DNA from: Phoronis australis
Lineage: Eukaryota; Animalia; Phoronida
Assembly: GCA_002633005.1 (NCBI GenBank)
Contig: NMRA01000463.1
Span: 248,001 to 312,000 of the forward strand
DNA: 64,000 nucleotides
Direction: 5' to 3'
Position 1 is the stretch's first letter. Each line of letters begins with the position of its first letter. Of this stretch, positions 30,901-42,151 are shown piece by piece. The notes beneath the pieces are model-generated. The model was given only the letters and a program-made list of their open reading frames with translations. It was not told the DNA's origin and did not search any database. Made by a program: the position numbers and the translations under genes.

Positions 30901-33900
30901 GGTTGAGTCGATTTTAACACCTTTCAATAGTTGAACATAAGTTGATAAACCGATGTCAAGACCGGAGTTGCCGCTGCTGAACGAACAGCGAACTGTTCAA
31001 TGTTTGTTTGGCCAAAGTTCACCCGCTAAGTCATAAAATGGTAATTGCCGACCAACCGAATTGGTCGTCTACTCTAGGCGACCATTTAGCCGACCCAAGT
31101 GCCGACCACAGAGGCGACTCAGCAGACGGCTCCTAGCCGACCGTTGTTGGTCGGCTGCTGGTCGGCTAGACGACCGGTCGACGGCCGGTCGTCGACCAAT
31201 TTCCGACCGGTCGGCCAAAAATTCGTGATGTGTGCTGTACGCTTATGGGAAACCTTACGTTGAGTATGATGACAAATTCTAGCTAATTTTAAGTAGCAAA
31301 CACGAGTGTGCTAAACACGGAGAGTTGTAGTAGCCATGGGGCTCCGTGGAATTCAGGTGAATACATACATTTAAGCGAGGATAAGAAATTTATGATCATA
31401 CTTTACGCAAGCATGTGTGTGCTGTTCATGCACTCTTCTTTACCAGCTAATCAATTGAAACGTTCAATGTACGTCATACACCAGAGTGTGGTACATTCTT
31501 CACCTTCTTAACCAGCCAACAATTCCTCGAATCTTGTTATTTTCAGCTGGTGATTATTGTTTCTCGTTCAAATGGCACATGAAGGGTAAGGGCATTGGAA
31601 GTCTTACCCTGAGTATGGTGACGGAAAATGGTATAAAGACCACCCTGTTTCAAAAGTTTGGTCATCAAGGTAAACAGTGGCAATTATCCGAATTCGACGT
31701 TGTGGCGAGAAAAAACACTAAGGTAGGTAATATATTATGCAGGAAAGAAAGTCGACGTGTCAAACACGCGAATTTTTTTTTTTCTTCTCTAACAGTGACA
31801 ACTACATTTATTAAGAGCAGCCCAGTTTCGAAGGCGTGCGATTCGAACATTTGCCATCGTCATTTAGCATGCAGCCCTTTCTTTTTTCTTTAGGCGTAAT
31901 CCTCGAGCAAGCCCCTGTAATGAGATGTTGTAATCGGTGCACATTTTGTTTCATTACAAAACGATATGCTTTCTTCGATTTGGAACCTCTTTGTTTGGCG
32001 ACTAGGCCACGCACACAAGTGAGCATGGCTTAAAACTACTTCAGAAAGTAAACACAGGAGAGTGCCCGCGTGAACACGAATAGAGTGTCGTGGCCGTCTA
32101 GTGGGCCCATGTGGGGAATTGGCAGTTGTCTTGCTCACACTGATTTTCTTATCACCCTTTTCACTGAAAAAGACATAATGCATGCTGTTGCAAAGGATGT
32201 TTTCACGACTTTAGGAACCGCAGTTTTGCACCCCTTTATATTGTTTTCTTATATTGGTGACGTCATATTCTACCTGGCGACCTGGGAATTCTGAGCTCGA
32301 ATTTTACGAGTTAGCGCAATGACAAGCGTCAATACTTAATCTGGAATGAAGTGGATTTTCGATAACAATCATTGAGACCGCTGGAACTATTTTTGCCCTG
32401 CGCATGCAAGGGGAAAGTGCGTTCTGAGACCCGAAATCTGTGCCCAACAGTAGTCACGACTGTCGTGCTGCTTCATCCCCGGTCACCGAAGTTCTCAATT
32501 TTAATGCACTACCATTTCCAGTAGGCCAACATTCGTCTCGGATTGTCTCCAAACGCAGTCATCTATGGTCTAACTATTTATGTCGAGGGAGTTTAATCTT
32601 GTGAATTTGGGCATGTTTTTCAAAACCTTGTTTACATCTCATTCTGTTCATATTTCTAGGTCCAAACAAACCTGACTGTAATTTTAAGCTGTGCAAGAAT
32701 AAAATTATCAATAATTTGGATTTGGGGACCGAAACAACCCACTTTCCTTGTGACAGAATTATTGCTAAGGTGTCCCAATGGGCAATACTCTGATACGATG
32801 TGCCCGAATTTTAATAACCAGTTTGATGCTCGTTATTGAGTGGGGAGAATTCTGGCAAGTTATGTCAGACCATTACCCATAGGTCTTTCTTACTACAACG
32901 ATTATTACACCAATAGATGCTGTGCCATGATGTTTTACGAGGTGCATGGGTAACCATAGGCTAAACCTTTATTCATTCCTAACTACTACTAACGCACTAC
33001 TAACATACATGTACATGAACATCTGCTTTGCAATCAAATGGGGTTGAAAAAGCCAGATTTGTAGAAAAATTACACGTTTAGTCTATTATGGAAACATTTA
33101 CGTGTATGCGATATACTGTGACTCTTATTTTAGAACTTACAGTTAACGATGGATGGTTTATTTCAGCTTGTTATAACGGGAACTAAAGGTAAATCCTCGA
33201 AAAGCAACATCGCACTGGACACTTTTGTGATGAGACCGTATGCTTGCCCTAAGCTGCCTCTGTCATGTGACTTCGAGGATTTTACGCTTTGCAGTTTCGA
33301 GAACGATCCAAATGCGGACTACAATTGGATACCATGGCGTGTGAGTGGATTTGTAAGAAAACGTGATGCTTGGCATCTCTTAAAGAGTAAAATCTTTGCT
33401 TCTGGAACGGAAGCAAAGCCTACATGTACACTGTATGTAGCTTTTAAAAATGGGAGGCCAAGTAAAGCGACAGGTTTTTCGAGGTAATTTTATTCGATGA
33501 ACAATAAATAAGTAAACGAGTAAACCTTCGACCGATTACCGTACGCTGTGTCATGCTTATTTGTCAATGAGACATCCAGAGAACATCTTTAGGTTGTGTC
33601 GTGTAATAGTAGCCTAGCGTAACGAATACAAATCGGCCGTGTGATGCATGTTCACGTAAGGCAATCACGTCAACCGTTCTTCACCCGTTGAGACCCTTAG
33701 CCATACATTTACGCGATGGCAACATGAAAACTACCATTCTGCTTCTCAGCAAAGTGGCCAATTCCAACAGTGTGCGTACGCTCCGAAATATGTGTGCGCA
33801 CGAAGTATTTTGACGAACATCCATCCTTTCGATATAAGTATCGCTGCCATTCTTTTATTACAAATCGTTGAGACGTACAACTGGGGAAATCCTCGTCCCA

Positions 33901-36900
33901 AAATTCCAGTTAGACAACCGTCACTATTAGTTGTCCGATCAGAAATGCTGTAGCCTTATTTATTTGGTAGTACATATTTATTATTTATTATAGTGACATG
34001 GCTGCATCGCATATTATAACGCGAAAGCCAATAAATTAATGTGCAACACATCCCCAAGTTCTTGGGCTTATGATTCATCTGAATATCACTTACACATTTA
34101 AACGGTTACACACAATATACGAGGTAATCGAAGTAATTTTTATTGTCTTTGCATGTTGTAATCCTTCAAACTGGAGAAGAGATATTGCACCAGCTGATTG
34201 TTACGTTGTAAAATGAAAGAGTACAACTGATTTGATCATGCACCCAAGATACGACCAGTTTAAAAAGTCTGGATACAAGTTACATTGAGTTGATAGACAT
34301 TTGTACGTGCATTTCTTGCAAAGGGCCTCCAGACTGTGGTTCAAATTACATGTTATCGTCGACAGTAATGCGTACTGTGTGTAGGCGCTAATGTTGAATA
34401 ATAAAAGTTTTTAAACATGCGTCGAGTTCTCAATGGCCGGCTTTGACAATTGAATTAAATTATGATTAGTCACAACTCCTACAACGCCTCTTTTTTATTG
34501 AACATACTGCATATGACACCATGTTTTATCTCCAGACACTTGCCTTTTTAGTCAAGTACTCCAACTTCAAACACAGGACCCAGCTCTGCCAAAAAAGGAA
34601 GCGTTTACGTCTACGCAGAGGCAAGTGGACGATACTTTTACGACAGTGCAAGGTTGTTGTCGCCGCGTTCCAGTATATTCGGTAAATATTAGAGAAATTC
34701 AAAGTATGTACCAAAAACAACATAGTTTTTGCTTTTTGGATTGCATTTTCACTTGTCAGTTATAGGGAAAGCAGACATTTTTGGTGTTACTTTCAGTAAA
34801 ATTACGAGTTTAGTTGTCTTACAAAGAACAAGAAACTCTTTAAGTTTCCCTAAAACTCGAATTGGTTATACTTGCATCAATACAAATGTCACGTTTGCAG
34901 CCCAAGATATTCCCTGCCAGCAATTCACTGGGACATCAGTTAACAGTGTGCTATTCCCAACAAAAGAGCAGTAAATGTTTGCGTTCCACGAGAATTATCG
35001 GACAATCCTAAATAAAACTAGAACTCGGTAGTTGGGTTTAGCGGTTGTTTGCTCTGCAGCTGGACGTAAAAAATGGCTGAGATCGGCGAAAACAAAAACA
35101 CACGAATCACATTCATAGTAAAGCTTCACTGGCTGCTCCCGTGGTCGCTGCGGTGACTGTTAACACGGGTGACACCTGTTTTGTGGCCTTGTGTCACTAG
35201 TGTTTCAACACTTTACATGACAGGTGACAACAGGGCAGAGATGGGAAATGAATACCTGTGTCATCCTCCTTTAGAAAATGTTTAGAATGTACTTTCACGA
35301 TCTATGCGTACTGTACATATCCCAGTTCACAATCTGACGATCACAAATGCTTGGCACAAGCACGATGGGTTTGCCCCGCTATATCCGTTGCGTAAACGAG
35401 GAATGGCGTAAAAATAACAAGAACGAATCCACTCCGACGGATTATCATCCCCTGGAGGCCGTTGAAACGGAACCCCGTGGCACTTGCAAGCTCATGATTG
35501 CCCCTGCATCCTGCCTCGTAACAACTCCACGTCATGCTAAACAACACTCTCGAAATCCGGTGCGACATTATACATGTAAGTCGATAATACTGGCACATAT
35601 TGTCGCCCCGTCGTGAACAATATGTGTCATGTCACAATGTTTGGCACATGTTGTCGCTCTACAGTGGCGTTGAAGTGCAGTTTGCTTTCCACGGTGTTTG
35701 CAATATACAATGTAGGTGGATACAATGACAGCGGAACGTACCAATGTGTAAAGCAAAATTCGAGGCTGAAGTAAGTCGAACAGGGCAAACATTAGGGTTG
35801 TAATTGGTGATGACAATGATTGTGATGCCGTATTGTACATTTGTACATTGTGCTTTACTCTCACTGGTGTTTTTCCGTTCGCCAGAAGTCCGTGACTTGA
35901 ACTCTATTTAGACCTGCTCCGGGAGCTGGTATGAAAATGATCCAGATTGATCGAAAATCGAACTGTCTTGGATTCTAATAGTATCTTTTTTACCAGGATT
36001 TTTTGTTCCAGGTCTTGTTGTGGTGTACTATTGATTGTGTATATGTACATTAATTCCTGTTTCAAAATTCGATTCTCATCAACCGCCATGTGATGTGCCC
36101 GGTACAAAGCAATTGGGCGGATTTTGGGTGACGTTTTACAAAGCAGCCGTGAAAGTATCCGGAGAAGTTCGAGTTGTCGGAGTTATTGAAAATGATGTAA
36201 TGTTGGGAATGTAGTCGCCAAAAAGTGCCCTTTGCTAAACGCGTCAACGTAATAAAATAAACATCACCGGAACTGTTTGTATAGCCGGTATTGAAGCCTT
36301 CGAATGCAGTGGCCTGTTTACGTATTGAGGCATGAAAAATACATGTACATGTACAGTCTATGAGTCGTGTATGCGTCTGCTTGTGACACACACTTGACAC
36401 AAGAAACGAGTTTTAAAGAGACGTAAATATTTTCTGTTTGGTTTATTCGATTCACTGGACTCGTAAAGAAGGAATACATGCAGTTTGCGAGTTGGAGACA
36501 AAATCTATTCTAGGGAGCTTGACCGACGCGTAGGCCTTTTTGAAGAATGTGGAGGAGCCGGACCTTTGTTTGCTTTGCGTACATGTAGCTATTCATTGCA
36601 TAAATTGCAAAATTATGTATAGTAATGAATTTGTGGCCTTAATTTGCAATGCACATGGCGTTCAAACTTATTTTCAAGCTCTTAATTAATCAGTGCTATG
36701 TAAGCAACAGGATAAATGTTATGAATAGTGGCGTTACCATGGCTTGTTATTACAATGGCCACTGATCACTGTTGTTATAGAGACGCCGTTCTGCGTGACG
36801 TGGTGGTACCACATGTACGGCCCCAGATATATAGGGAGGTTCCATCTTCGCCTCGTGAACACCAACGGATTCATGGAGTATCCAGTCTGGTCGTCATGGT

Positions 36901-39900
36901 CTAGCCAGGGGGACAGATGGGTCAAGGAAAGTGTCCATGTGAATCGAAATGACATCATTCAGGTATGACTTAATAAAAATATTGCTACGCTCCTTAGCAG
37001 TCAGAAAAGTAACAGAACTCCAGCGTGGAGTTCATAATGCGTTTGATCAACGTGTGTCGCCGTAGTTTACGTGGTGTTGAAAGTCCGTTAAGAGCTGTTG
37101 AAGGTTTATGATTATACCAACAGCCAAAGGTAAATAATTTACTTCAGTAATGACTGTTATTTCGCATACTTGACGGGATTATTTTTTATATTCTAAAAAC
37201 CAAGACTGTTTCCAAAATGCAAAAAAACGGAGTATACTAATTAAGCTGAGTAATTAACCAACTCGCCAACTAATTAACCCGTGATATCAATTTAATTGGA
37301 ATCAAAAAAAAAGGAAATCATCCAGAAAGGGAGACGAAATACTAATGACGGACTAAGCTACTAACAAAGAAATAGTTCCAGCGATGGATTTAATTGATTA
37401 CTATCGGATAAAAAAGTATTTTGAATCTGGACTCCTCAAAGTTGTAGGGAAGAATTTTGTTGGGCACTTTTTCAAAATTATTCATCTTTATATATTAAAT
37501 AGATGTTTAGTGACGTTTGAATGTCAGTAAAAATTAGGATGCAGTGACATTATAAAAACTGTGATTAAGTGATTAATTCACCCACGTCTCCGAAATTGCG
37601 GACAAGGGTTTTCTCATTGATAGAAATTCAGCGAAGGTATATTGCACGGTGTACAGTACCTTTGAAATTACTATGGGCCTCTTATTGCATTGGTTGTAGT
37701 GTAAGACATTACGCAGCAAGTTCAAAATATAATTAATTTTTCCAACAAGTAAAAATCAGTGACACCGCTACATGTTCACGTAACGTGTTGTAACGTATTC
37801 AAAAGACAACGGAGCTCTAACTTGAATCTGGAAAATAACAGCATCCAGAGGAAAGCGGCAGGGTTATTTGAAGCAACTGTTCCATAATTGTCAACATTCG
37901 AGAAGAAAAAACGGAACAACTTGAGAAATGGGACACCAAGATAAAAAGCAGGACGGCTGTGGGTATATGCCAAAAAGCCAACTTAGGTTTAATGTTCGCC
38001 CCAACATACAGAAACTCCCGACACAGATATTTGTTTAAGAGTAGGCGTAAAATCCCAAAAGCTCCCTCCCGGGTGTTTTGCATTTTTAAGCATGTGGGAA
38101 ATGAGGGTGCGACAAAAAACGTGAAACATTCCATTGTTCTTCGAACGTTACATAAGCTCAGTTGAACGTAGGGTCAGAACTATACAATTGAAAAGCACGC
38201 GGCTCGGAAAGTAAATGTCTCCTCTTTCCGTGAAATACTGTGACAACATTTAACTCCCAAAATATGTTATTGATAAATTCCTAACGTGTAGTGCGGTAAG
38301 TTGCCGAATTTTGACCTAACACTGGAGATGAAAAGATATCAGTGGCCAAACTATTCCAGGCATCCGCCCAGCGTCACCCGTCGGCGAATGCATAAATAAA
38401 TAATTGAATCGATGGGTCTGCTGACGACTTGTTTTTAAATAGTTATGTTTGCAATTTGCAATCTGAGAAAACAGACATATGGAAATGAACGCATGAAATT
38501 TGGCTTTATTTGAAAACGAGAGCACTCATTCGAGCAGACGACCGCAAATTCACTGATAGAGGTCTTTCCCGGGAAATCCGATGGTCACAATTTCTAACTC
38601 TACAACCGTGAGCCGACATTCCATTCATAAAGCTACAGCAGTATGATATTCCTTATGGAGGGCTGCTGCCAAGACTTAAATGTGCGCAGTAGAACATTTT
38701 ACAGAGTTTTGATGTTGCAAATGTTATTTCCACTACTAATAGACCTTACCTTCCTAACCATGTCTAAAATATCATGTCATATTGCATGTCAATAATATAA
38801 CACACGAAAGCATGCTGCACATCTTAATGGTAACCAGCAACAAATACAAATGTTTAAAATAACTTTATAAAGCTACGTGATAACACTTTCGATTTGCTGA
38901 GTACACATACAAATCCTCCTTACGTGTACCTTGGGACTTTTGATTGAAACTACAGTATGAAGTTACATGTATTGTTCTGTAGAATAATACACGACAGGTC
39001 ATGGTTTTTCTTAGAGTTAACAGGCACTCATTCAGTAAGTAAATGTTTGGTTCGTACATGGCTGACGATTAAGTAAATATGGCATTAGGAAGCTGGGTAC
39101 TGCTGTTTTTCCTTGCAAGAGGATATTGCTCTACATCAACCAAGAAAACCGTCGTCTCCGTCGGCCCTTGACTTATCACAAAAGTTGATCTACTAAGCTC
39201 GTGATGTGCAGGGCAGGTCAATTATCCCATTTGAAATATCTTCGGAAACTGGGATTGTTAACGTGGCTTAAGCGATATACTATCACGAATTCATTTTCGG
39301 ATGTTAAAGCTCTTCAATTAAAGTTCGAGAATATTGATTCTAGTGTGATTCTTTTGCGAATAAAATACGCTGCTGTGTTTTTGTTTTTAGAATAGAGTTT
39401 AGAGTCGATGAATGTATACGTTATTGCCTTCGTTATGGTTAGTTGACGTTTTTTCTGACATGGTCAAAAATACCCAGGTCTGCGATTAACAAAACAAAGA
39501 CGTGCAATTACTCACAACTTTCCATGATAATTTATGCAAAATGGTGATTGCCAGACGTGATTCCGATGTCCGTGGCTGGTGTCTTTCGTAGTGATGTCGA
39601 GTTTTGCCACCGTGTGGAGTGGAAACGAATGTGTTGTTACCGTGACTTACATAATTAAAAAAAATGTTTCGTGTAACTTATACTACTTGTGTGGATAAAT
39701 ATGCTACATGCAGAAATTTGAATTTTACTAAAAAAGCACGAAACACATTTTGAAAAAGTATTTAACTACCTACACTTTAGAGCTGCCAAGAAGGTTTCTC
39801 TGTCAGAATTGTCGGCTGGCACTGCTCATGTCAACAGGAATAGTCACGTGGTTGCTTGGTTATTCGTAGCCCTGCTTGAAAGTGTAACAGAGGACTGCAA

Positions 39901-40555
39901 AAGAAAAATCAGTGTGCCTGTCTCTATCAATCAAACGCAAAACGATATCAATGTAACTTCAGTGGTGTGTCTTGGTCCAGTATCAGTTTAAATGTCAAAC
40001 TACTGAAACTTAACACCACCCGGAAGAGGTTTAGTCACGGTATGTCGATCCCGGCGTAGAAATTTTTTTTCCAGTTTTTCGGGGAAGGAAATGTATAACT
40101 TCCCCCACTCTGCGCCTTGGGTTCCTAATAAAGTTGCTTACTGAAAATTCCACTGTGTATAGTTATGTACTTTGTTAAGGAAATTAGAAAAGATTCCTTG
40201 GCTTGGACATATCAGCAAATGTGATAATGTTTGGTCGTCCAACGCTAAAAATAATTCAGCGAGACTTGCCAAACTAGGCTTTTGAGCATGCTACCACGCA
40301 GTTTCAAAACGCTAACCTTTCTATAACTTGTAATATGGCTCTAACTTACCCACGAACACGTTAGCAGTAAGGCACCTTTGTCAAATGTTGTATTTTGTGG
40401 AAAATTGGCTCATAAAAAGTTAAATCAGTTGCCATCTCTTTCTGTTATGTGTGAGTGCTTATTTATTACAGGTAGCGTTCGAAGTCCAAAGATTGTGGTC
40501 GTATCAAAGTGACATCGCTATAGACGACGTCCAAATCTACGCGGGATCATGTTAG
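6263..40555 (+). CDS. Spliced gene 1 (17 coding exons identified): astacin-family (M12A) metalloprotease, astacin-EGF-CUB-MAM-MAM, BP10/SpAN/meprin-like; signal/pro exons not located
   Basis: Exon lengths 212,70,186,127,123,119,125,152,39,45,89,124,176,174,130,182,84 sum to 2157 nt and join in one frame with GT-AG junctions. The product contains [19 protein letters not shown], the SVMHY Met-turn, and EGF, CUB and two MAM signatures. Confidence 0.92.
7500..7569 (+). CDS. Gene 1 exon: astacin domain (GCSSFLGR...GCVY)
   Basis: tttAG / GTGAGT; CSSFLGRIDRPQEITLNEEGCVY matches the astacin GCxSxxG...Q.I.L...C motif. Not in the ORF track. Confidence 0.93.
8330..8515 (+). CDS. Gene 1 exon: zinc-binding active site and Met-turn
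   Basis: [29 protein letters not shown]...YDLESVMHYGLK; ccAG / GTGAG. Confidence 0.97.
8784..8910 (+). CDS. Gene 1 exon: C-terminal part of astacin domain
   Basis: AFSRNGQPSIKVK...GSRHGLTFYDAKLANIMYNCA; ctAG / GTATGT. Confidence 0.93.
9222..9344 (+). CDS. Gene 1 exon: EGF-like domain
   Basis: DGCTNTCHNHGYAFKTPGGQCVCKCPAFLTGDCNT; phase 1-1, ctAG / GTATTT. Confidence 0.9.
11750..11868 (+). CDS. Gene 1 exon: CUB domain part 1
   Basis: SCGGVYKL...TIQSPNYPNNYYVGTLCVYVFK; acAG / GTAAAA. Confidence 0.93.
11878..12032. mobile_element. MITE family A, copy 2
   Basis: CGTTCAGTAACACTAGGACCT ... AGGTCCTAGCGTCTACTGAACG inverted ends; similar to 1768-1927. Confidence 0.65.
12350..12617. mobile_element. 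Solo LTR (268 bp) with 5-bp TSD AGGGC
   Basis: AGGGC|TGTTGTGTA ... TACACAACA|AGGGC: TG..CA termini, 9-bp terminal inverted repeat and perfect 5-bp direct flanks. Confidence 0.85.
12780..14155 (-). mobile_element. Decayed, internally deleted Gypsy/Ty3-like LTR retrotransposon (gag start plus integrase remnant)
   Basis: Minus-strand fragments GIPRAVTSDNGPQ (integrase core), HCNGQAESAVKIV (SNGxAErxV motif), terminal TFSGSVSR*P*RLPVYV* (TRSGR...RL.DYV-like) and gag-like PKTLNFSRNFA near 14.0 kb; many stops and frameshifts. Confidence 0.75.
15214..15338 (+). CDS. Gene 1 exon: CUB domain part 2
   Basis: APAGTANGVKLTFSDFDVTGSPNNCDHFVQINANLIGQKGVK; catAG / GTGAGT; phase 0-2. Not in the ORF track. 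Confidence 0.9.
15902..15946. repeat. (TA)n microsatellite
   Basis: Direct reading. Confidence 0.95.
18974..19125 (+). CDS. Gene 1 exon: CUB domain part 3
   Basis: YCGSFANSPDG...SSEMMLIFNSKNTAAARKKGFRFTARL (CUB YCG...M.L.F.S....GF motif); acAG / GTAAGC; phase 2-1. Confidence 0.9.
19947..19985 (+). CDS. Gene 1 micro-exon: Thr/Pro-rich linker
   Basis: ttacAG EFTTQPPSTTTSP GTAAGT; 39 nt, phase 1-1. Confidence 0.75.
21500..21720 (-). mobile_element. Diverged inverted fragment related to the interior (30010-30235) of the TA-flanked TIR element
   Basis: Shares AGGTTAATTTATTT, ATGCATCG, AGCCTGAC and GAAAAC.TCACGTCTT with the reverse complement of 30010-30235. Confidence 0.6.
22477..22521 (+). CDS. 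Gene 1 candidate micro-exon with two Cys (GLLPITCEHSQTQCG)
   Basis: ccAG / GTACGT; 45 nt, phase 1-1, frame-preserving. Confidence 0.55.
22604..23890 (+). mobile_element. Non-autonomous Helentron-like (HINE/pearl-type) element with ~440-bp internal tandem repeats
   Basis: 5' AACTA + hairpin ATTATTGTCAC-GGT-GTGACAATAAT; about 2.1 diverged units starting ACCTTT(G/C)CAC at ~22758, ~23203 and ~23637; (AAG/AAT)n microsatellite 23784-23845; 3' hairpin TACTCTGCGC...GCGCAAAGTA; ACTCTGCGC at both ends. Confidence 0.7.
24605..24845 (-). mobile_element. Inverted fragment closely related to 30900-31110 of the TA-flanked TIR element
   Basis: TTTTATGACTTAGCGGGTGAACTTTGGCCAAACAAACATT and GGTCTTGACATCGGTTTATCAACTT are reverse complements of stretches in 30940-31040. 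Confidence 0.85.
25640..25815 (+). repeat. Dispersed repeat; inverted homolog at ~44875-45095
   Basis: Shared TTTAGCAGCAGA, CCGGT..ATAATTTAG.TTA.TCAAGGAAAA, CAGTTTTTACCCAC and CGCACCAAGG; also visible as similar spurious translations in the ORF track. Confidence 0.65.
26420..26508 (+). CDS. Gene 1 exon: MAM domain 1 part 1
   Basis: AGQISCSFDEGDLCGWTQATNDDFDWTPHS; ccAG / GTAAGA. Not in the ORF track. Confidence 0.95.
27135..27258 (+). CDS. Gene 1 exon: MAM domain 1 part 2
   Basis: GSTPTRGTGPSGGDKNTRYIYTEVS...KATIFSNYFP; ctAG / GTACGG. Confidence 0.92.
29772..31237. mobile_element. Non-autonomous DNA transposon with ~50-bp perfect TIRs, TA target duplication and subterminal (A)GCCGACC arrays (Tc1/mariner-type ends)
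   Basis: TA|CAGCACACATCACGAATTTTTGGCCGACCGGTCGGAAATTGGTCGACGAC ... exact reverse complement ending GATGTGTGCTG|TA. Contains the assembly gap; no transposase seen. Confidence 0.88.
30751..30897. other. Assembly gap (N run)
   Basis: Run of n. Confidence 1.
31547..31722 (+). CDS. Gene 1 exon: MAM domain 1 part 3
   Basis: AGDYCFSFKWHMKGKGIGSLTL...LFQKFGHQGKQWQ (MAM C..F.YHM.G..IG.L ... G.QG..W motif); tcAG / GTAGGT. Confidence 0.95.
33167..33340 (+). CDS. Gene 1 exon: end of MAM1 and start of MAM2
   Basis: LVITGTKGKSSKSNIALDTFVMRPYACPKLPLSCDFEDFTLCSFENDPNADYNWIPWR; tcAG / GTGAGT. Confidence 0.95.
34552..34681 (+). CDS. Gene 1 exon: MAM domain 2 part 2
   Basis: SSTPTSNTGPSSAKKGSVYVYAEASGRYFYDSARLLSPR; tttAG / GTAAAT. 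Not in the ORF track. Confidence 0.93.
36781..36962 (+). CDS. Gene 1 exon: MAM domain 2 part 3
   Basis: ETPFCVTWWYHMYGPRYIGRFHL...VWSSWSSQGDRWVKESV; atAG / GTATGA. Confidence 0.95.
40472..40555 (+). CDS. Gene 1 last coding exon: end of MAM2 and stop
   Basis: VAFEVQRLWSYQSDIAIDDVQIYAGSC* (MAM DIAIDD motif); acAG acceptor. Confidence 0.93.
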   Translation, partial: VAFEVQRLWSYQSDIAIDDVQIYAGSC

Positions 40556-40698
40556 TGGCTACATGACCATTCGAAGACAGCCTTCGAAGGTCACTGAATA
40601 AGCATCCATCCTTGCCCTTAAGTTAATGCTATCCCTTTGAATTATTCTATGCCACTCGTACTTTACATAACAGTTGCACATGTATCTTACTTCATGTT

Positions 40699-40704
40699 AT
40701 TAAA
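40699..40704 (+). promoter_or_regulatory. Candidate polyadenylation signal (ATTAAA) of gene 1
   Basis: ATTAAA about 145 nt after the stop codon; position only. Confidence 0.3.
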
Positions 40705-40773
40705 CAGACCTTTCAAGAACAACAAGTGAATTATTTACCACCCGACCTCACCCCGTTTATCAAGATGACAGAA

Positions 40774-40920
40774 CAGGGTAGAGTTCAGTAACTCAAGTAC
40801 ATCCGAAGAGAAGAAAGATATTTGCGAGATTACGCGAGACATTGTCATGTATTAAAAATGAGAATACGTGACTTTGGCTCGATTTTTCCAACTTCGAGAC
40901 AGATACTGAACTGTACCCAG
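40774..40920. mobile_element. MITE family A, copy 3
   Basis: CAGGGTAGAGTTCAGTA ... TACTGAACTGTACCCAG; internal GCGAGATTACG.GAGA and ACGTGACTTTG shared with copy 2. Confidence 0.65.
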
Positions 40921-42151
40921 GTTTGAACTTCCCGGGATCCAGCTTGTTTCACTATAGCAAACGACACATACGTCTTGGTCTCTGTTACTTTCGGTTTGGT
41001 TCTCCATAGCATTTACACAATACATGCACATGTAAAGCTGGACGAGTCACATAATCAATTGTGAAGGAATGTGAAACGTTCTGGTGGTGACGACTGACCC
41101 AAAAGTATATAGGCAAGCTGTTTTAAGAGAAGCATATGAATAATTTGTGCATACATAACCGACTCTTACCGAATTTGCACTTTTGTCATCTAGTGAATGC
41201 CTTGATTCCTTTGCATGAGCATGGGCAAATCTATGTGCATGTAAATACGGACACAGTTTGTGAGTGTGGGGGATTGTCACGTTTTTCCCGCGTGTGGGTG
41301 GGCGCAGGTTATTACACACTGGTGCGACGATTGACTGATGATTGGTTCGAGTCAATCCTTTATTAATCCCGACCTACTGTACATGTATGTTCAAAAGGCT
41401 ACTCAAACAAAACGTCCGACGCAATGTCTGTTCAATGCTCCAGCCAGTGCTGCGAAGCCTTGACTTTTCATGAACTTCTGAGACACGTTCAGCAACTGTT
41501 ACACTCGTTGATTCAATAACCTGCTGTCTCTATAGCTGGTTATCTATTGACTATAGCTGTAATTGCAGATTCTCTTCACTGCAACTCAACTGTAATTCTC
41601 CTGATTTACTTTCTTCAACTTTTGAAGAACTCACTTGATCTTACAAACACAAACCCATCCAAACCTACCGGTTTTTAACCCACCTCAAGGAGCAGTGAAC
41701 AAATCCATGTTTAAAATACGGAATTGGACTGATAACGCTAACGACAGCCAAGAATTCCTTTGAAGTGGGCCGACAGCCAAGAGCTCTTTTGAACCGAAGT
41801 GACCCAGCAGATGATATAGACGGAGGTAGTAACATAGCGCGAGAACAGACGGTGAATGAAACTGCTAAGAGACACTAAATTTTCGGTGCCTATATAAAAA
41901 GGTGTTGGATGGTGTGTGACAATGGAACCTCCGCAATCCCTCAAGAACACCTATAGTTTCAACATTGGTCACGGAGAAACACAGTGGGTAAATACAATTG
42001 GGAATCTTCAGTGTCACTTTCATTTTCTACAATAAGGAAAATACATTCAAATAAATTGTTTTTAGCACTGTCGTTACTTATATAGGGTAAAGTATCTAAA
42101 AAGCTTAGTTATAATTATTATTTTATACTTATCCTTTTTGTTTATTTTTTA

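Noticed and set aside
37300-37625. Possible minus-strand CR1/L2 endonuclease remnant (AISETWV)
   Set aside because: Only one short motif; too decayed to support.
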